Positions 60,012 through 64,000 of a stretch of DNA of 64,000 nucleotides are shown here, piece by piece. The position numbers were made by a program, and so were the translations under genes. The notes under the pieces were generated by a model. The model searched no databases. It was not told where the DNA came from and worked only from the letters and a program-made list of their open reading frames with translations. The first letter of the stretch is position 1; every line of letters begins with the position of its first letter. The stretch comes from Cyanobacteria bacterium P01_F01_bin.150 (GTDB lineage Bacteria; Cyanobacteriota; Cyanobacteriia; CAKZMO01): positions 18,280 to 82,279 of the forward strand of contig JBCCYL010000020.1 in the NCBI GenBank assembly GCA_039189765.1, read 5' to 3'.

Positions 60012-61418
60012 CTAAAACCACTCGGCGTGGAACGTTCCTTCCTTATCAATTCGTTGGAACGTATGGGCACCAAAATAATCCCGCTGAGCCTGAGTCAGGT
60101 TTTGAGGTAGAGAAGCCCGACGATAGCTATCAAAATAGTCAAGGGATGCACTAAAGGCAGGAACAGGAATTCCTAGCTGATTGGCAGTAGAGAGCACTTC
60201 GCGCCATGCATCCTGACGGTCCAGGATCGTCTGAATAAACTCAGGTGCCAATAACAGATTGGGCAACCCAGGATTCTCAGAATAGGCCTTCTTAATTTTA
60301 TCTAAGAACCGGGCACGAATGATACAGCCCCCTTTCCAAATTCGAGCCGATTCACCCAAGTCAAGACCATAGTTAAACTCATCCGATGCTTTACCCAACA
60401 GCGCCATACCCTGAGCATAGGAGCAAATCTTGGAGCAGTACAGCGCATCTCGAATCTTGCCGATAAACGCCTGGATATCTCCATCATATTTGGCCGAAGG
60501 TCCGGTTAATTGAGAGGAAGCCGCGACCCGTTCTTCCTTGAGGCCCGACATAATACGGGCATTGACTGCTGCAGTGATAGTGGGGATCGCCACACCCAAT
60601 TCTAGGGCATTAATCACAGTCCAGCGTCCAGTGCCTTTCTGCCCAGCCGCATCTCGAATCAGTTCAACCAATGGTTTACCCGTATCATCGTCCATCTTGG
60701 TAAAGATAGACGCAGTAATTTCAATTAAGAAGGAGTCCAATTCCTCAGTCGTATTCCACTCAGAAAATACCTCATGAAGCTGAGTATGAGTTAATCCTAA
60801 AGCATTTTTCATCAAGTCATAGGCTTCTGCAATTAACTGCATATCGCCATACTCAATGCCGTTATGAACCATTTTTACGTAGTGTCCAGCCCCTCCAGGC
60901 CCCACATAGGTAACGCAGGGTCCATCATCAACTTGGGCTGCAATTTTAGTGACAATGGGTTCAATAGATTCGTAGGCTGCTTTGGTCCCGCCGGGCATTA
61001 GGCTTGGGCCATTTAGAGCCCCTTCCTCGCCACCGCTGACTCCCATACCAATAAAACGAAGACCGCTGGACTCCAAATCTTGCACTCGACGCTCAGTATC
61101 CTCATAAAGAGAATTACCGCCATCAATAATCATGTCTTCTGGGTCAAGTAAGGGCTTGAGCTGATCAATGACCGCATCCACAGGCTTCCCTGCTTTCACC
61201 ATAATCATAATTTTACGAGGTCGTTCCAAAGACTGAACAAACTCGTCTAAAGAATAGGTTGCCTGAACATTTTTTCCTTGGGCGCGCTCTGACATAAATC
61301 GATCCGTCTTTTCAGAGGTGCGATTATAAACAGAAATTGGGAAGCCATTCCGCTCAACATTAAGCGCCAGGTTTTCCCCCATGACCGCAAGACCAATCAA
61401 ACCAAAGCTCTGTGCCAT
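60012..61418 (-). CDS. gnd: 6-phosphogluconate dehydrogenase, NADP-dependent, decarboxylating
   Basis: GLAVMGENLALN, GVSGGEEGA, VKMVHNGIEYGDMQLIAE, QAQRDYFGAHT. Confidence 0.98.
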   Translation of the reverse strand: MAQSFGLIGLAVMGENLALNVERNGFPISVYNRTSEKTDRFMSERAQGKNVQATYSLDEFVQSLERPRKIMIMVKAGKPVDAVIDQLKPLLDPEDMIIDGGNSLYEDTERRVQDLESSGLRFIGMGVSGGEEGALNGPSLMPGGTKAAYESIEPIVTKIAAQVDDGPCVTYVGPGGAGHYVKMVHNGIEYGDMQLIAEAYDLMKNALGLTHTQLHEVFSEWNTTEELDSFLIEITASIFTKMDDDTGKPLVELIRDAAGQKGTGRWTVINALELGVAIPTITAAVNARIMSGLKEERVAASSQLTGPSAKYDGDIQAFIGKIRDALYCSKICSYAQGMALLGKASDEFNYGLDLGESARIWKGGCIIRARFLDKIKKAYSENPGLPNLLLAPEFIQTILDRQDAWREVLSTANQLGIPVPAFSASLDYFDSYRRASLPQNLTQAQRDYFGAHTFQRIDKEGTFHAEWF

Positions 61419-61920
61419 ATGATGTTGCCTCTTGTTTGAGCCGATTAGCGAGTATTTACGTGATGAGAATGAATTGAGAACGAATCAGATTCGATGGCTG
61501 AAATCTTTTCTCTATGCTCCCAGGGTAGTCATATTTTTTAGAATGATTAAGTCTCAAAAGCTTTTCTTTAGGGTCCATTCCCAATTCTTAATGATTTGTC
61601 GTGAACTCTCGTAACCATTAAGAGAAACTTGGCAGCAAATCCTAGTACTTTCAACACTGCAATTGCTTACTTTATTGTGACAATATAAAAAGGTAGATCA
61701 CGCCCCTCCGCTTTGCTCTATGCTTTGATATACATGTTTTACAGAAAAATTGAAGCAGCCGGATAGTTCGCTGCAACGTTTGAAGACTTTTTAAAGGTTG
61801 TGGCGATAACTACACGGTCATAGGCATAAGCGCTATAACTAGGTATAGTTACTTAAGGGATAAAACGTAGAGTTCTACATCCTGAATCTTAGGTTAATTG
61901 CATTAGTGCATTAGAAGGGT

Positions 61921-62493
61921 ATGAATCATAGGGACTCAGCTAGTTTTGACACAGAATCTGTTCCAATGCCCATTCAGAACTCTACTGGGAGGGCTTCAGC
62001 AGGAACTGAATATGATGCTATTGAAGTTCAGACAGAGAAAGGCGGTGGCCGACAGCGTAAAATTACTGCAACTATTCATATCCCACACACTCTGGAGAAT
62101 GTGTGGGCGATTTTAACAGACTATGAAGGGTTAGCCGATTTCATTCCAAGTTTGCACGAAAGTCGACGTATCAGTCATCCGAATGACGGGATTCGCATTG
62201 AACAAATTGGCAATGAGAGCTTGCTTAAGCTTAGATTTTGTGCTCGGGTCGTCTTAGATATGTTTGAGCAATTCCCTCACCAATTGCGATTTGAGATGGT
62301 GGAAGGTGACTTTAAGCAATTTTCAGGGTCATGGCAGCTTCAGGCTTGTGAAGGTGGCACCAATTTAACCTATACCGTTGATATTGTACCCAGTCGGTTG
62401 ATGCCCGTAGCCATGATTGAGCGTTGCCTTAGTAAAGGGCTACAGATCAATCTGGCATCTATCAAGCAACAGGCTAACGTACTGTTCGGTTAA
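61921..62493 (+). CDS. SRPBCC / polyketide cyclase-dehydrase family protein
   Basis: VWAILTDYEGLADFIP, FCARVVLD, FEMVEGDFKQFSGSW. Confidence 0.88.
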   Translation: MNHRDSASFDTESVPMPIQNSTGRASAGTEYDAIEVQTEKGGGRQRKITATIHIPHTLENVWAILTDYEGLADFIPSLHESRRISHPNDGIRIEQIGNESLLKLRFCARVVLDMFEQFPHQLRFEMVEGDFKQFSGSWQLQACEGGTNLTYTVDIVPSRLMPVAMIERCLSKGLQINLASIKQQANVLFG

Positions 62494-62627
62494 GCCATGA
62501 TTTTACGGCCTCATATGGCCCGACATCAGCTTGTCTGTTACGCTAAGGGGGGCGCTGTATAATCCAAGCCCAGGCCATCCTCCGGCCAAACCATATAGTT
62601 GTGCTGCGTAAGACAGATAATATAGGC

Positions 62628-63899
62628 ATGGATACAAAAGCATTCAGGCGATCGCTCAACCGCTCTAAAAACTACTATCGTAAGGGATTTGGACGGGGCA
62701 AAGACGTATCCAGCATCATGGATACCGAGTATGAAAGTAACCTCGTCAAGGCTATCCGAGATAATAACTATGTTTTAACCCGTCAATTTGCCAACGGGTG
62801 CTCAGTGACGGTCCATCTTGCAGAGTCCTTTGGATTTTGTTGGGGCGTAGACCGAGCGGTGGCGATGGCCTACGAAACTCGTCAGCAGTTTCCCGAGGAA
62901 CGAATTTGGATCACCAACGAAATCATTCACAATCCATCGGTTAATGACCGTCTCAAAGAGATGAATGTTTTCTTTATTGAGGTTAAAGACGGAGCCAAAG
63001 ATTTTTCAGGGGTGGCAAACGGCGATGTCGTGGTGTTACCAGCCTTCGGTGCTAGCGTGCACGAGATGAAGCTCCTGAATGATCGAGGCTGTATCATCGT
63101 GGATACAACTTGTCCTTGGGTTTCAAAAGTCTGGAGTTCTGTTGAAAAGCATAAAGGTCGCCAGCACACGTCCATTATTCATGGAAAGTATAAGCACGAG
63201 GAAACAATTGCCACCCTCTCTTTCGCAGAGACCTACCTGGTCGTACTCAATTTGGATGAGGCTCACTACGTATGCGATTACATCCTGAATGGTGGGGATC
63301 GTGATGAATTTATGCAGAAATTCAAGAATGCCCACTCGGATGGCTTTGATCCCGATCGTGATTTAGCTAAGCTGGGATTTGCCAATCAAACGACAATGCT
63401 TAAGGGAGAGACAGAAGAGATTGGTAAGCTGTTTGAACGCACGATGATGCGGAAATACGGAACAGAAACGCTCAACGATCACTTTATGAGCTTTAATACC
63501 ATTTGCGATGCGACCCAAGAGCGGCAAGATGCCATGTATAGCTTGGTCGATAAGCAGCTAGACCTAATCGTTGTGGTGGGTGGGTTTAATTCATCCAACA
63601 CGACTCACCTGCAAGAAATCGCTGTGGACTACAATATATCTTCTTTTCATATTGATAGTGCAGAACGCATTGGGCCTGGTAATCGGGTAGAACATAAACC
63701 TCTACATCAGGATTTGGCTATTGAAGAGAATTGGATTCCAGAGGGAGACCTTGTAATTGGAATTACGTCAGGTGCATCTACACCAGATAAGTCCGTATCT
63801 GATGCTATTGAGCGTATCTTTGCAATTAAGGGGGCTGAAGTTGTTAAGCCCGTTAAGAGAAAAGAGACTCAATTGGAGTTGGGGGTGTCGATCGCTTAG
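62628..63899 (+). CDS. ispH: 4-hydroxy-3-methylbut-2-enyl diphosphate reductase
   Basis: [46 protein letters not shown]. Confidence 0.97.
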   Translation: MDTKAFRRSLNRSKNYYRKGFGRGKDVSSIMDTEYESNLVKAIRDNNYVLTRQFANGCSVTVHLAESFGFCWGVDRAVAMAYETRQQFPEERIWITNEIIHNPSVNDRLKEMNVFFIEVKDGAKDFSGVANGDVVVLPAFGASVHEMKLLNDRGCIIVDTTCPWVSKVWSSVEKHKGRQHTSIIHGKYKHEETIATLSFAETYLVVLNLDEAHYVCDYILNGGDRDEFMQKFKNAHSDGFDPDRDLAKLGFANQTTMLKGETEEIGKLFERTMMRKYGTETLNDHFMSFNTICDATQERQDAMYSLVDKQLDLIVVVGGFNSSNTTHLQEIAVDYNISSFHIDSAERIGPGNRVEHKPLHQDLAIEENWIPEGDLVIGITSGASTPDKSVSDAIERIFAIKGAEVVKPVKRKETQLELGVSIA

Positions 63900-63937
63900 C
63901 GACTGAAATCATGTCCCTCCTTTAGACTCCCAAACAA

Positions 63938-64000
63938 GGCTTTCGATTTAAGACGAAACAAAATAAACGCTAGAGGGGGCCGCAAGAATCCCCACCACAC
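63938..64000 (-). repeat. Structured dispersed element, subfamily A, copy cut by the window end
   Basis: Reverse complement ...CTAGCGTTTATTTTGTTTCGTCTTAAATCGAAAGCC matches the family 3' arm. Confidence 0.75.

Larger units (their letters stand above)
1..64000. repeat. HIP1 octamer GCGATCGC highly over-represented
   Basis: Dozens of copies visible across the window; a cyanobacterial hallmark. Confidence 0.95.

Noticed and set aside
10096..64000. 80-bp elements as CRISPR repeats, tRNAs or classical integron attC sites
   Set aside because: Copies are dispersed, not regularly spaced; no cloverleaf or T-loop; no consistent RYYYAAC/GTTRRRY ends and flanking genes are core genes rather than cassettes

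Overview
Cyanobacterial chromosomal window (very frequent HIP1 octamer GCGATCGC, cyanobacterial-type gene families). Core genes: thiL, CYP38-type cyclophilin, efp-accB, purC, omp85/bamA-lpxC-fabZ-lpxA-lpxB, cobI, an S1 homologue, gnd and ispH. Accessory genes: a TPS/haemagglutinin-domain exoprotein cut by the window start, a TpsB transporter, a GH38 alpha-mannosidase, an HTH-NACHT NTPase, a WD40 Ser/Thr kinase next to a vWA protein, a KirBac channel and a 1862-aa DUF4347/TSP3/RTX surface protein. I found no rRNA, tRNA, CRISPR array or transposase by eye. Main observations: (1) a dispersed ~80-bp intergenic element, about 10 copies in two subfamilies, with nested stems showing compensatory base changes and no visible target-site duplication; (2) a threonine-synthase-like gene paired with a CysO-like sulfur carrier behind an IscR/Rrf2-type box, a candidate carrier-dependent homocysteine route; (3) a cutA pseudogene missed by the ORF track; (4) in-frame invasion of genes by composite short repeats; (5) a K+ channel with AIGYG in place of TIGYG. 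All family calls come from motif recognition, not database searches.
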